The notes below the pieces were generated by a model that saw only the letters and a list, made by a program, of their open reading frames with translations, made no database searches and was not told the origin of the DNA. From Phycisphaera mikurensis NBRC 102666 (GTDB taxonomy: Bacteria > Planctomycetota > Phycisphaerae > Phycisphaerales > Phycisphaeraceae): a stretch of DNA of 32,000 nt. Both the position numbers and the translations under genes were made by a program. Shown here in pieces: positions 1 through 9,026 of the stretch. Location of the stretch: contig NC_017080.1 in assembly GCF_000284115.1 (NCBI RefSeq), forward strand, positions 1,620,001 through 1,652,000. Direction: 5' to 3'. Each line of letters opens with the position of its first letter. Position 1 is the first letter of the stretch.

Positions 1-2
1 CT

Positions 3-650
3 TCAGCCGGCGGCGTGGAGCGCCCGCTCGATGGCGTGCTCGAGCTCCTTGGCGTCCGAGGCGTCGCCGGGGGCGAGGAAGGTGAGCCCGGCGGGGCCGG
101 TCTCGAGCATCGCGTCCTCGCCGGCGGCGTCCACCAGCGCGGGCTGGCTCGCCCACGCGGCGGCTTCCGCCGCGTCGTTGGCGCGGACCGTGCGCGGGGC
201 GTCGACGCTCTGGTAGCCGAATCCGTCGAGCAGGCCCTCGGGCGCGCCGGCGGGCAGCGACACGGCGTGCAGGGGGTCGGTGCCGCTGCGGGGCTGGTGC
301 ACGGCGATGAGCCGGCGGGTCGTCGGCGTGTGTCGGCCGCCGACCTGGTCGATGAGCCCGAAGGTCGTGAAGGCGTGGATGCCCCGCTCGCCGTGCGCGA
401 CGGCGGTGACCCGGCGGGCACGGCCCGCGTTGAGGATCGCGACGCCGTCCAGGCCCGCGGGCAGCTCGTCGCTCCGCTCCTGGGTCTCCACCGAGAGGCC
501 GGCGTCGCGGGCGGCGTCGCCGGCGGCCTCTGCGCGCGAGGCTTTCTTCTGGGTGAGCAGGATGCAGAGGACGACGACGCCGGCGATCACGGCGCCGACG
601 ATCGAGGCGGTGACCCAGACGGCGGCGGCGAGGGAGGGAAGGAGGGTCAT
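3..650 (-). CDS. hypothetical single-pass membrane protein (215 aa)
   Basis: Only the last 215 codons of the 643-aa ORF 3..1934(-) look real. The ATG is at 648-650 (cat on the + strand). It opens MTLLPSLAAAVWVTASIVGAVIAGVVVLCILL, one hydrophobic helix, followed by a soluble domain. The stop TGA is at 3-5. The upstream part of the ORF is Arg/Pro/Gly-rich and overlaps icd on the same strand in another frame. No family recognised. Confidence 0.5.
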   Translation of the reverse strand: MTLLPSLAAAVWVTASIVGAVIAGVVVLCILLTQKKASRAEAAGDAARDAGLSVETQERSDELPAGLDGVAILNAGRARRVTAVAHGERGIHAFTTFGLIDQVGGRHTPTTRRLIAVHQPRSGTDPLHAVSLPAGAPEGLLDGFGYQSVDAPRTVRANDAAEAAAWASQPALVDAAGEDAMLETGPAGLTFLAPGDASDAKELEHAIERALHAAG

Positions 651-681
651 GGGCGTGGCGTCGTGGGGGTGGGAGGGTGAT

Positions 682-704
682 TGCGTGCGTGCGTGCGTGC
701 GTGC
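682..704. repeat. (TGCG)5 tetranucleotide microsatellite, a perfect alternating pyrimidine-purine tract
   Basis: Direct reading gives tgcg tgcg tgcg tgcg tgcg tgc at 682-704. It lies in the 149-bp spacer between the icd stop (800) and the start of the membrane-protein gene (650). Confidence 0.9.
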
Positions 705-799
705 CGGCGCGGCGCGGCGATGGAACGTCGGGGCCGCCCGGGCTCGGGTCCACGCCTCGCCGGCCGACGGCCAGCGGGACGCTCGCCCGCCGGGCCGCT

Positions 800-3016
<2,217 letters not shown>

Positions 3017-3092
3017 GGCGAGGGTGCGGGAGCGGGCGGAGCGGAGCGGAGAGGGCGAGGGTACGGAGCGGGCGGGCGGCCGACGCGACGGA

Positions 3093-3140
3093 GCCGCGGA
3101 CCGCGGGGCCGGGTGCCCTCCGACGGCCGCGGTCCGCGGC
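3093..3140. repeat. REP-like inverted repeat, copy 1 (14-bp perfect arms, 20-nt spacer)
   Basis: gccgcggaccgcgg (3093-3106) is the exact reverse complement of ccgcggtccgcggc (3127-3140). It is intergenic, between the autotransporter stop and the icd start. Confidence 0.85.
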
Positions 3141-3309
3141 ACGTCGCCGGGCCCGCTGGCCGGCGCCGGCGGCAGCCCCGTGTCGCGGGCCACCCCCACC
3201 AACGCTCAAGAGAAACGCGGGGACCGCGAAATGGGTCCCGCAGGCTCCCGCGGCACCCGGAGCCGGGGCCGCGCAGCGTGCCGATTCCCGCGAGGGGAAG
3301 CGGACGCCC

Positions 3310-6153
3310 TTAGAAAGAGATCCGCAGCCCGGCACGCAGCGTGTGGCTGTCGCCGTTGGCGGCGATGTCGCCGGTGTAGCGGGCGTAGACCGCCCAGTCG
3401 TCGCTGCCGGCCGGGCCCAGCTCCAAGGCGGCGCCGAGGCGGAGGGCGTCGCGATCGCGGGCGGAGCTGCGGGTGGTGAAGGACTCGCCCGGGGCGGCGG
3501 CGAAGGCGCTGGTGGTGGTGCCCTCGCGGTCGAGGTGCTGGTGCGACCAGCCCACGCGGAGCAGCGGCGAGAGCCGCAGGTCGCCCAGCGCCTCCAGGTC
3601 GACGGCGGTGGCGAGCTGCGCCCCGACCACGCTGGTGAGGAACTCGCCGCTGGAGTCGTCGACGTCGAGGTTGAGCGCACCGGCGCCGGACTCGGCGTAG
3701 CCGTCCCGGTCGACGAAGTAGGTCTCGACGCCGACCAGCGGCGAGACGATGAAGCGGTCGCCCAGCGGCAGGTCGTAGAGCGCCTCCACCGTCGCGCCCA
3801 CGACGAAGCCGTCGGCGTCGGCCTCGGCGGTGCCCAGCGGCGTCGGCCGCTCCGACTCGAACTCGAGGAAGCCCGCCGAGGCGGTGCCGTTCACCACGAG
3901 GTGGTCGTCGAAGCGCTTCGCCCCGTAGAGGCCGACCTGGAAGGCGTCGGTCTTGAAGTCGTCCCCGAGGCCGTCGACGCCGGTCTCGGTCTCGGTGAAG
4001 GCGAGGTAGACGCCGCCCACGGCGTTCCAGTCCTCCAGCGCCCAGTCGCCGCCGAAGGCGACGCCGTAGGTCTGCGAGTCCTGCCCGGGCGCCGCGTTGT
4101 CCTCCTCGACGTCGCTGAAGACGCCCAGCGCCTCGGCGAAGAGGGCGGGGCCGCCGTCGAGCGGGGCGAAGTCCGCTTCGGCTTCCGAGAGGGTCGCGGC
4201 GGTGGCCTCGTAGGCGGCGGGGTCGTTCTCGGGGAAGACCGGCACCGGCGTCTGCGGTCCGCTGACCGGGTAGGGCGTGGGCTCGACGTCGGCGGGGTCC
4301 AGCTGCGCGAGCAGGCGGGAGGCGTTGGCCGACGCGAGGCGGCGGTTCCGCCGCTCCAAGGTCGCTCCGCCCTGGTTCAGCCGGGCGAGCGCCACGCCGG
4401 AGGCGAGCAGCTGGTTCTGCGGGACCGCCGCGAGCGCGGCCGAGGCGGTGGTGTTGGCCTGGCTGAGCACCGCGCGACCGAGGTCGTCGGCGTCGAGCAG
4501 GGCGTCGAAGGCGGGCTGGAGCGCCAGCCGCGTCGAGGCGTCGCCCCGCTCGCCGCCGGCGACGTCGTTGAGCAGCTCGCCGACCTTCTCGCGGTTGCGC
4601 AGCGGGTCGTCGCCGGCGAAGTCGACCACCTCGTCCAGCGCCGCGAAGGTCACGTCGGCCCCGTCGGCGCGGTAGGTCACGTCGGCGGCGAGGATGCGCG
4701 AGTCGGTCAGCAGCGTGGTGCGGACGGCGTCGAAGTCGTCGCTGAGGGTCCCGCCGTCGGTCGTCTGCAGGAAGGTCAGCGGGGTGTCGGGGGTGACGCC
4801 GGGGCTGACCTCGATGAAGTTGACGTCGCCGTTGAGGCGGATGTCGCCGCCGACGTCGATGCGGTCGACGCCGTCCGCCCCGAACTCGATGTCGAGGACG
4901 CCGTCGTTGCCGTTGCTGAAGTCCCCGCCGACGACGGTGGTGCCCACGCGGTCGAAGCCGCCGGGGTTGAAGCTGCCCTCGTCGACGTCGAGGTCGTAAT
5001 CGAAGTCGCCGGCGACGGCACCGACGCCCCCGCCGATGCCCGTGCCCTCCAGGGCGAGGGAGCCCAGGCCGGTCTTGCGGAAGGTCAGCCCCTCCTGCAG
5101 GCCCAGCCCCACCGACGAGCCGCTGCCGGTGCCGTCGACGCTGGCGAAGCCGTCGGTGTCGACGATCAGCCGCTCGCCGGCGGCGGGCCGGAGCTCGACG
5201 ACGCTGGTGCCGATCGTGGCGACCGACTCGCCGCGGGCGCCGCCGTCCTGGCCGTCGCTGGCGCCCGCCTGCCCGGGCGGGTTGCCGCCCTGGCCCTCGG
5301 TGACGGTGTTGGTGCCGAAGCGTGATCCGTCGCCGGCGAGCACGAGCCGGGCGTCTTGGGTCAGGAACACGCCGCCGCCGAGGCCCGAGCCGCCGCCGCC
5401 GCCGCCGCCCCGCACCGCCTGGCCGTCGGCACCGCCGCCGGCCTCGCCCGCGCCCGCGCCGCCGGCGCCGGCGGAAGCGCCGCCGCCGCCGCCGCCCGAG
5501 CCGAACTCGCCGTCGCCACCCGGTGCCGAGGCGGCGCCGCCGGCGCCGCCGTCGAAGTCGCCGCTGCCGTCGCCGGGGGTGCCGCCGGTGTTGCTGCCCC
5601 CGGTGCCGTCGCCGCCGTTGCCGCCGTTGCCGCCCCGGGCCGCGTTGTCCTCGACGAGGGTGTTGTCGAGGATGATGACGCCGCTCTCCCCGAAGATCGC
5701 CCCGCCGGCTCCGAGCCCGCCGCCGCCGCCGCCGCCCGCGCCGGCGCCATCCCCGCCGGCACCGCCGGACGCGAGGCCGTTGCGCAGCGTCAAATCCTTG
5801 AGGCGGACCTCATCGCTGGAGCCCGCGTTCACGAGGAAGAGGAAGTCGTCCCCGCCGCCGTCGATGGTGATCGAGCGGTTCGCCCCGGAGCCGTCGATGG
5901 TGACGCCGCGGCCCACGCTCAGCTCGCTGCTGAGGTCGATGGACCCGTCGAGGCCGGCGGCGAAGGTGATGGTGCCGCCGGCGGGCGTGCTCCCGAGCGC
6001 CTCCCGCAGCGAGCCGGTCCCGCTGTCGGCGAGGGTGGTGACCTCGACCTGGCCGCTGGCCTCGGGGGTGAGCACGCCCGCGTGGAGCGCAGAGGCGGCG
6101 GCGAGGAGCGCAGCGGTGGAGAAGCGGGGGCGTGGCGGGGTCGGGATCGGCAT
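3310..6153 (-). CDS. autotransporter (type Va) outer-membrane protein with a beta-helix / glycine-rich passenger, 947 aa
   Basis: - Signal peptide: MPIPTPPRPRFSTAALLAAASALHAG.
- N-terminal DSGTGSLREAL ... TITF ... VTIDG ... LKDLTLRNG pattern, typical of parallel beta-helix / polymorphic outer-membrane-protein repeats. It includes GGAIF...LDNTLVEDNAA.
- Long Gly/Asn/Asp-rich stretch.
- C-terminal roughly 280 aa has alternating-hydrophobic beta-barrel character and ends ...HTLRAGLRISF (terminal Phe), as in autotransporter translocator domains. Confidence 0.85.
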   Translation of the reverse strand: MPIPTPPRPRFSTAALLAAASALHAGVLTPEASGQVEVTTLADSGTGSLREALGSTPAGGTITFAAGLDGSIDLSSELSVGRGVTIDGSGANRSITIDGGGDDFLFLVNAGSSDEVRLKDLTLRNGLASGGAGGDGAGAGGGGGGGLGAGGAIFGESGVIILDNTLVEDNAARGGNGGNGGDGTGGSNTGGTPGDGSGDFDGGAGGAASAPGGDGEFGSGGGGGGASAGAGGAGAGEAGGGADGQAVRGGGGGGGSGLGGGVFLTQDARLVLAGDGSRFGTNTVTEGQGGNPPGQAGASDGQDGGARGESVATIGTSVVELRPAAGERLIVDTDGFASVDGTGSGSSVGLGLQEGLTFRKTGLGSLALEGTGIGGGVGAVAGDFDYDLDVDEGSFNPGGFDRVGTTVVGGDFSNGNDGVLDIEFGADGVDRIDVGGDIRLNGDVNFIEVSPGVTPDTPLTFLQTTDGGTLSDDFDAVRTTLLTDSRILAADVTYRADGADVTFAALDEVVDFAGDDPLRNREKVGELLNDVAGGERGDASTRLALQPAFDALLDADDLGRAVLSQANTTASAALAAVPQNQLLASGVALARLNQGGATLERRNRRLASANASRLLAQLDPADVEPTPYPVSGPQTPVPVFPENDPAAYEATAATLSEAEADFAPLDGGPALFAEALGVFSDVEEDNAAPGQDSQTYGVAFGGDWALEDWNAVGGVYLAFTETETGVDGLGDDFKTDAFQVGLYGAKRFDDHLVVNGTASAGFLEFESERPTPLGTAEADADGFVVGATVEALYDLPLGDRFIVSPLVGVETYFVDRDGYAESGAGALNLDVDDSSGEFLTSVVGAQLATAVDLEALGDLRLSPLLRVGWSHQHLDREGTTTSAFAAAPGESFTTRSSARDRDALRLGAALELGPAGSDDWAVYARYTGDIAANGDSHTLRAGLRISF

Positions 6154-6242
6154 GGTCTTGAGTCTCTGGAGCGATGTCGCCGGAGACTAGAGAGCAGCCA
6201 CAGCCGCAGCCAAGACCGGATCCGAAGCGCTTCGCCCGCGCC

Positions 6243-7178
6243 TCAGCCGCCCGCGGGCACCGGCCGGAGCACGCGGATCCAGTCGACCCAGAGGCGGTTC
6301 TGCGTCGGGTCGGCGAGCCGCCGGGGGCTCGGGTCGATGCCGCTCTTCACCCGCCAGTCGTGCTCCTCGAGGTCGAGGATGACGCGCATGGGGCGCGAGA
6401 ACCCGGTGCCGTCGAAGTCGTTGATGTCGGCGCCCGCCAGCGTGCGGACCCGCTCGCCGTCGTAGTAGATCTCGACGTGGAAGGGGTCGCGCCAGTACGC
6501 GCCGAAGGTGTGGAAGCCGTCGCGGTAGGCGACGCCGTCGGAGGGCGGGTGGTGGTGGCCATCGCCCCCGTGGTCCTTGATCACGTCGTTGCTGACCGGG
6601 TCCCGCTCGAACATGTGGTAGTTGGAGCCGGCGATGCCCGGCTCGCCGTCGCCCCGGTTCCCGCCGATGTCCGCCGAGCCGCCCGCCCCGCCGGCCCCGC
6701 CGCGCGTGCCGTAGCACTCGATGATGTCCAGCTCCTGGACGTCGTCTTCGCTGAGCAGCCAGAAGTTGCTCGAGAGGACCAGCGGGCTGACCCGCATCCG
6801 GGCCTCGAGGAACACCGGGTAGCTCAGCGCCTCGGTGGTCGAGATGACCCCGAGCTTCAGGTTCTTGCCCTTGGGCCCGGGCACCGCCTGGGCGAGCAGC
6901 TCGAGGTTCCCGTCGTGCACGCGGCTGTGCTCGGAGGAGAAAACGCCGCGGCCGGGCCCGGGCCACGCGTTGATGTACGCGTCGGTCCAGCCGGTCCCCA
7001 GCGCAGCGGCTTTGTCGCCCCCGTCGAAGCCGAGCGTGAAACGCTCGTCGAGCTGCCAGCGCATGCCCTCGCCGGCATCCGCGGGGACGGGCAGGTCGGC
7101 GAGGCCGGGCTCGGCGGCGAGGGCGGAGACGCCCAGCAGGGCCGCGGCCAGGAAGGTGGGGAGCGTTGGGCGGTTCAT
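6243..7178 (-). CDS. secreted glycoside hydrolase family 16 (galactanase-like: agarase/porphyranase/carrageenase type suggested, substrate unassigned), 311 aa
   Basis: The ORF is trimmed to the ATG at 7176-7178, giving the signal peptide MNRPTLPTFLAAALLGVSALA. The GH16 catalytic motif E-x-D-x-x-E is present as SNFWLLSEDDVQELDIIECYG. The Trp/Tyr-rich beta-jelly-roll C-terminus reads FHTFGAYWRDPFHVEIYYDGERV and LWVDWIRV. Confidence 0.85.
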   Translation of the reverse strand: MNRPTLPTFLAAALLGVSALAAEPGLADLPVPADAGEGMRWQLDERFTLGFDGGDKAAALGTGWTDAYINAWPGPGRGVFSSEHSRVHDGNLELLAQAVPGPKGKNLKLGVISTTEALSYPVFLEARMRVSPLVLSSNFWLLSEDDVQELDIIECYGTRGGAGGAGGSADIGGNRGDGEPGIAGSNYHMFERDPVSNDVIKDHGGDGHHHPPSDGVAYRDGFHTFGAYWRDPFHVEIYYDGERVRTLAGADINDFDGTGFSRPMRVILDLEEHDWRVKSGIDPSPRRLADPTQNRLWVDWIRVLRPVPAGG

Positions 7179-7279
7179 CGGGCGTCTCGGAGGAGAGGAG
7201 GTCGGAAGATTGTCGACAATACCCCGCGCAGACCCGACGCGGCCAGGCGGAGCCGTCCGTGCCCCAGCACCGCGGACCG

Positions 7280-7325
7280 CCGCGGACCGTCGAAGTCCGC
7301 GGCCGCCGAAGCCGACGGTCCGCGG
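7280..7325. repeat. REP-like inverted repeat, copy 2 (13-bp perfect arms, 20-nt spacer)
   Basis: ccgcggaccgtcg (7280-7292) is the exact reverse complement of cgacggtccgcgg (7313-7325). The left arm is preceded by a direct duplicate, cgcggaccg (7271-7279). The repeat lies in the divergent GH16/ABC intergenic region and ends 14 nt before the ABC GTG start. Confidence 0.85.
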
Positions 7326-7338
7326 GTACCGTCCGCCG

Positions 7339-8298
7339 GTGATCTCCGCGGCGTCGCTCACGAAGAAGTTCGGCCCCGTGACGGCGGTCGACGGGCTCTG
7401 CCTGGAGGTTGCCGCGGGCGAGGTCGTGGGCTTCCTGGGCCCCAACGGGGCGGGCAAGACCACGACGCTGCGGATGCTCACCGGCGCCCTGCCGCCGACC
7501 TCGGGCACGGCGACCCTCGGCGGCTTCGACGTGCTGACGCACCCCGCCGAGGCCCGGCGGCGGCTGGGCTACCTGCCCGAGGGCACGCCGCTGTACCCGG
7601 AGATGCGGGTGAGCGGCTACCTGCACTTCGTCGCGCGTCTGCAGGGTCTCTCGGCGGCCGAGCGGAAGCGGCGGGTGGACGAGGTGATCGACGCGTGCGG
7701 GCTGGCGCCGGTGCGGCGGCGGACGGTCGCGCGGCTGAGCAAGGGCAACCGGCAGCGGGTCGGGCTGGCCTCCACGCTGGTCCACCGCCCGCCGGTGCTG
7801 GTGCTCGACGAGCCGACCAGCGGGCTGGACCCGGCGCAGACCGTGGCCGTCCGCCAGCTGCTCGGCGGCCTCGGCGGCGAGCACACGGTGCTGCTGTCCT
7901 CGCACCTGCTGCCCGAGGTGCAGCGCATGGCCGACCGCGTGCTGATCCTGGCGCACGGGAAGCTGGTGGCGAGCGGGACGGTGGCGGAACTGACGGCCGC
8001 GGCGGGGGGAGCGGCGGCGGGTTCGGTCCGGGTGCGGGTGGAGCTGCGGGGCGAGCCGGCGCGCGTGCGGGAGGTCCTGCGGGCGCTGGACCCGGCGGCG
8101 GAGGTGGAGGAGGCGCCCGGGGGGGGCGGCTGGCTGAGCGGCGTGCTCGCCGTCCCGCCGCTGCCGGCGACGGACGCCCGGGAAGCCGTCGCCGAAGCCT
8201 GCGCGGCGGGGGGGTTCCGCGTCCGCGAGCTGCGCCGCGAAGAGGCGACGCTCGAAGCGGTCTTCGTCCGTCTCACCGACCCCGGCGCCGCCCCATGA
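7339..8298 (+). CDS. ABC transporter ATP-binding protein (ABC-2 / GldA-like), 319 aa
   Basis: Motifs present: Walker A GPNGAGKTT, ABC signature LSKGNRQRV and Walker B VLVLDEPTSGLD. There is no in-frame ATG near the N-terminus. The GTG at 7339 gives (M)ISAASLTKKFGPVTAVDGL, a typical ABC N-terminus, but the start is uncertain by a few codons. Confidence 0.88.
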   Translation: MISAASLTKKFGPVTAVDGLCLEVAAGEVVGFLGPNGAGKTTTLRMLTGALPPTSGTATLGGFDVLTHPAEARRRLGYLPEGTPLYPEMRVSGYLHFVARLQGLSAAERKRRVDEVIDACGLAPVRRRTVARLSKGNRQRVGLASTLVHRPPVLVLDEPTSGLDPAQTVAVRQLLGGLGGEHTVLLSSHLLPEVQRMADRVLILAHGKLVASGTVAELTAAAGGAAAGSVRVRVELRGEPARVREVLRALDPAAEVEEAPGGGGWLSGVLAVPPLPATDAREAVAEACAAGGFRVRELRREEATLEAVFVRLTDPGAAP

Positions 8299-9026
8299 TC
8301 CGCTGGCTCCTCGTCACCGCCACGCTGGCCCGCCGCGAGCTGGCCTCGCTCTTCTGCTCGGCCGTCGCCTACGCGGTGCTGGCGGTCTTCGCCCTGGCCA
8401 CGTCGCTGCTGTTCCTCGCGGACTTCCAGCCCGGGGCCGCCGCGTCGCTCACGCCGCTGTTCGAATCGGTCGTGTGGCTGCTGGTCTTCCTCGCGCCGGC
8501 CCTGTCGATGCGGCTGCTCAGCGAGGAGTACGCCCGCGGCACGGTGGAGCGGCTGGCGACCTGGCCGGTGAGCGAGGCGCAGGTGGTGGTGGCGAAGTGG
8601 GCGGCGACGGTGGCCTTTCTCGCGGTCCTCGGAACGCCGCTGCTCGCCCACGCCGGTGTCCTGGAGTGGTTCGCCGACCCCGACCCCGGGCCGCTGTTCA
8701 CGGGGCTCGCCGGGCTGCTCGCGGTGGCTTCGCTTTATGCGGCGATCGGGCTCGCGGCCTCGGCCGCGACGGCGAGCCAGGCCGTGGCCTTCCTCGTCGC
8801 GGTGCTGGTGATCTGCTTGCTGACCTTCGGGCTGTACTTCCTCGCCGACGCCGGCTTCGTGCCGCCGGCGGTGGGCGCGGTGATGCGGGCGGGCAACGTC
8901 AACGCCCGGTTCAGCGGCTTCGCCCGCGGGCTGGTCGACCTGCAGGACGCCGCCTACTTCGCGGCCGGCACCACGCTGGCGCTGTTCGCGGCGGTGCGCC
9001 TCCTCGAGTCGCGGAGGTGGGCGTGA
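8295..9026 (+). CDS. ABC-2 type transporter permease (GldF-like), 243 aa
   Basis: The ATG at 8295 overlaps the upstream stop as ATGA. The product is a polytopic hydrophobic protein: MIRWLLVTATLARRELASLFCSAVAYAVLAVFALATSLLFL..., with about 6 hydrophobic segments. Confidence 0.8.
   Translation: MIRWLLVTATLARRELASLFCSAVAYAVLAVFALATSLLFLADFQPGAAASLTPLFESVVWLLVFLAPALSMRLLSEEYARGTVERLATWPVSEAQVVVAKWAATVAFLAVLGTPLLAHAGVLEWFADPDPGPLFTGLAGLLAVASLYAAIGLAASAATASQAVAFLVAVLVICLLTFGLYFLADAGFVPPAVGAVMRAGNVNARFSGFARGLVDLQDAAYFAAGTTLALFAAVRLLESRRWA

Noticed and set aside
6154-6242. Nested inverted repeats (ggtcttg...caagacc and gtctctgg...ccggagac) and the 12-nt palindrome cgaagcgcttcg, between the GH16 stop and the autotransporter start.
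   Set aside because: The arms are short (7-8 bp, one with a mismatch) and do not match the CCGCGGACCG family. They could be a terminator or leader structure, but I cannot support that from the sequence alone.
5036-6465. Pro-rich and Ala-rich plus-strand ORFs (384 aa and 369 aa) opposite the autotransporter.
   Set aside because: They are the mirror image of the Gly-rich (GGN)n coding tracts on the minus strand. The autotransporter frame has a signal peptide, beta-helix motifs and a barrel domain, whereas these ORFs have none.
6174-8294. The upstream 700 codons of the 950-aa ORF 6174..9026(+), and the upstream part of ORF 6835..8298(+).
   Set aside because: Only the last 243 codons (permease) and the last 319 codons (ATPase) show protein-family features. 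The upstream portions run antisense through the GH16 gene or through the intergenic spacer.
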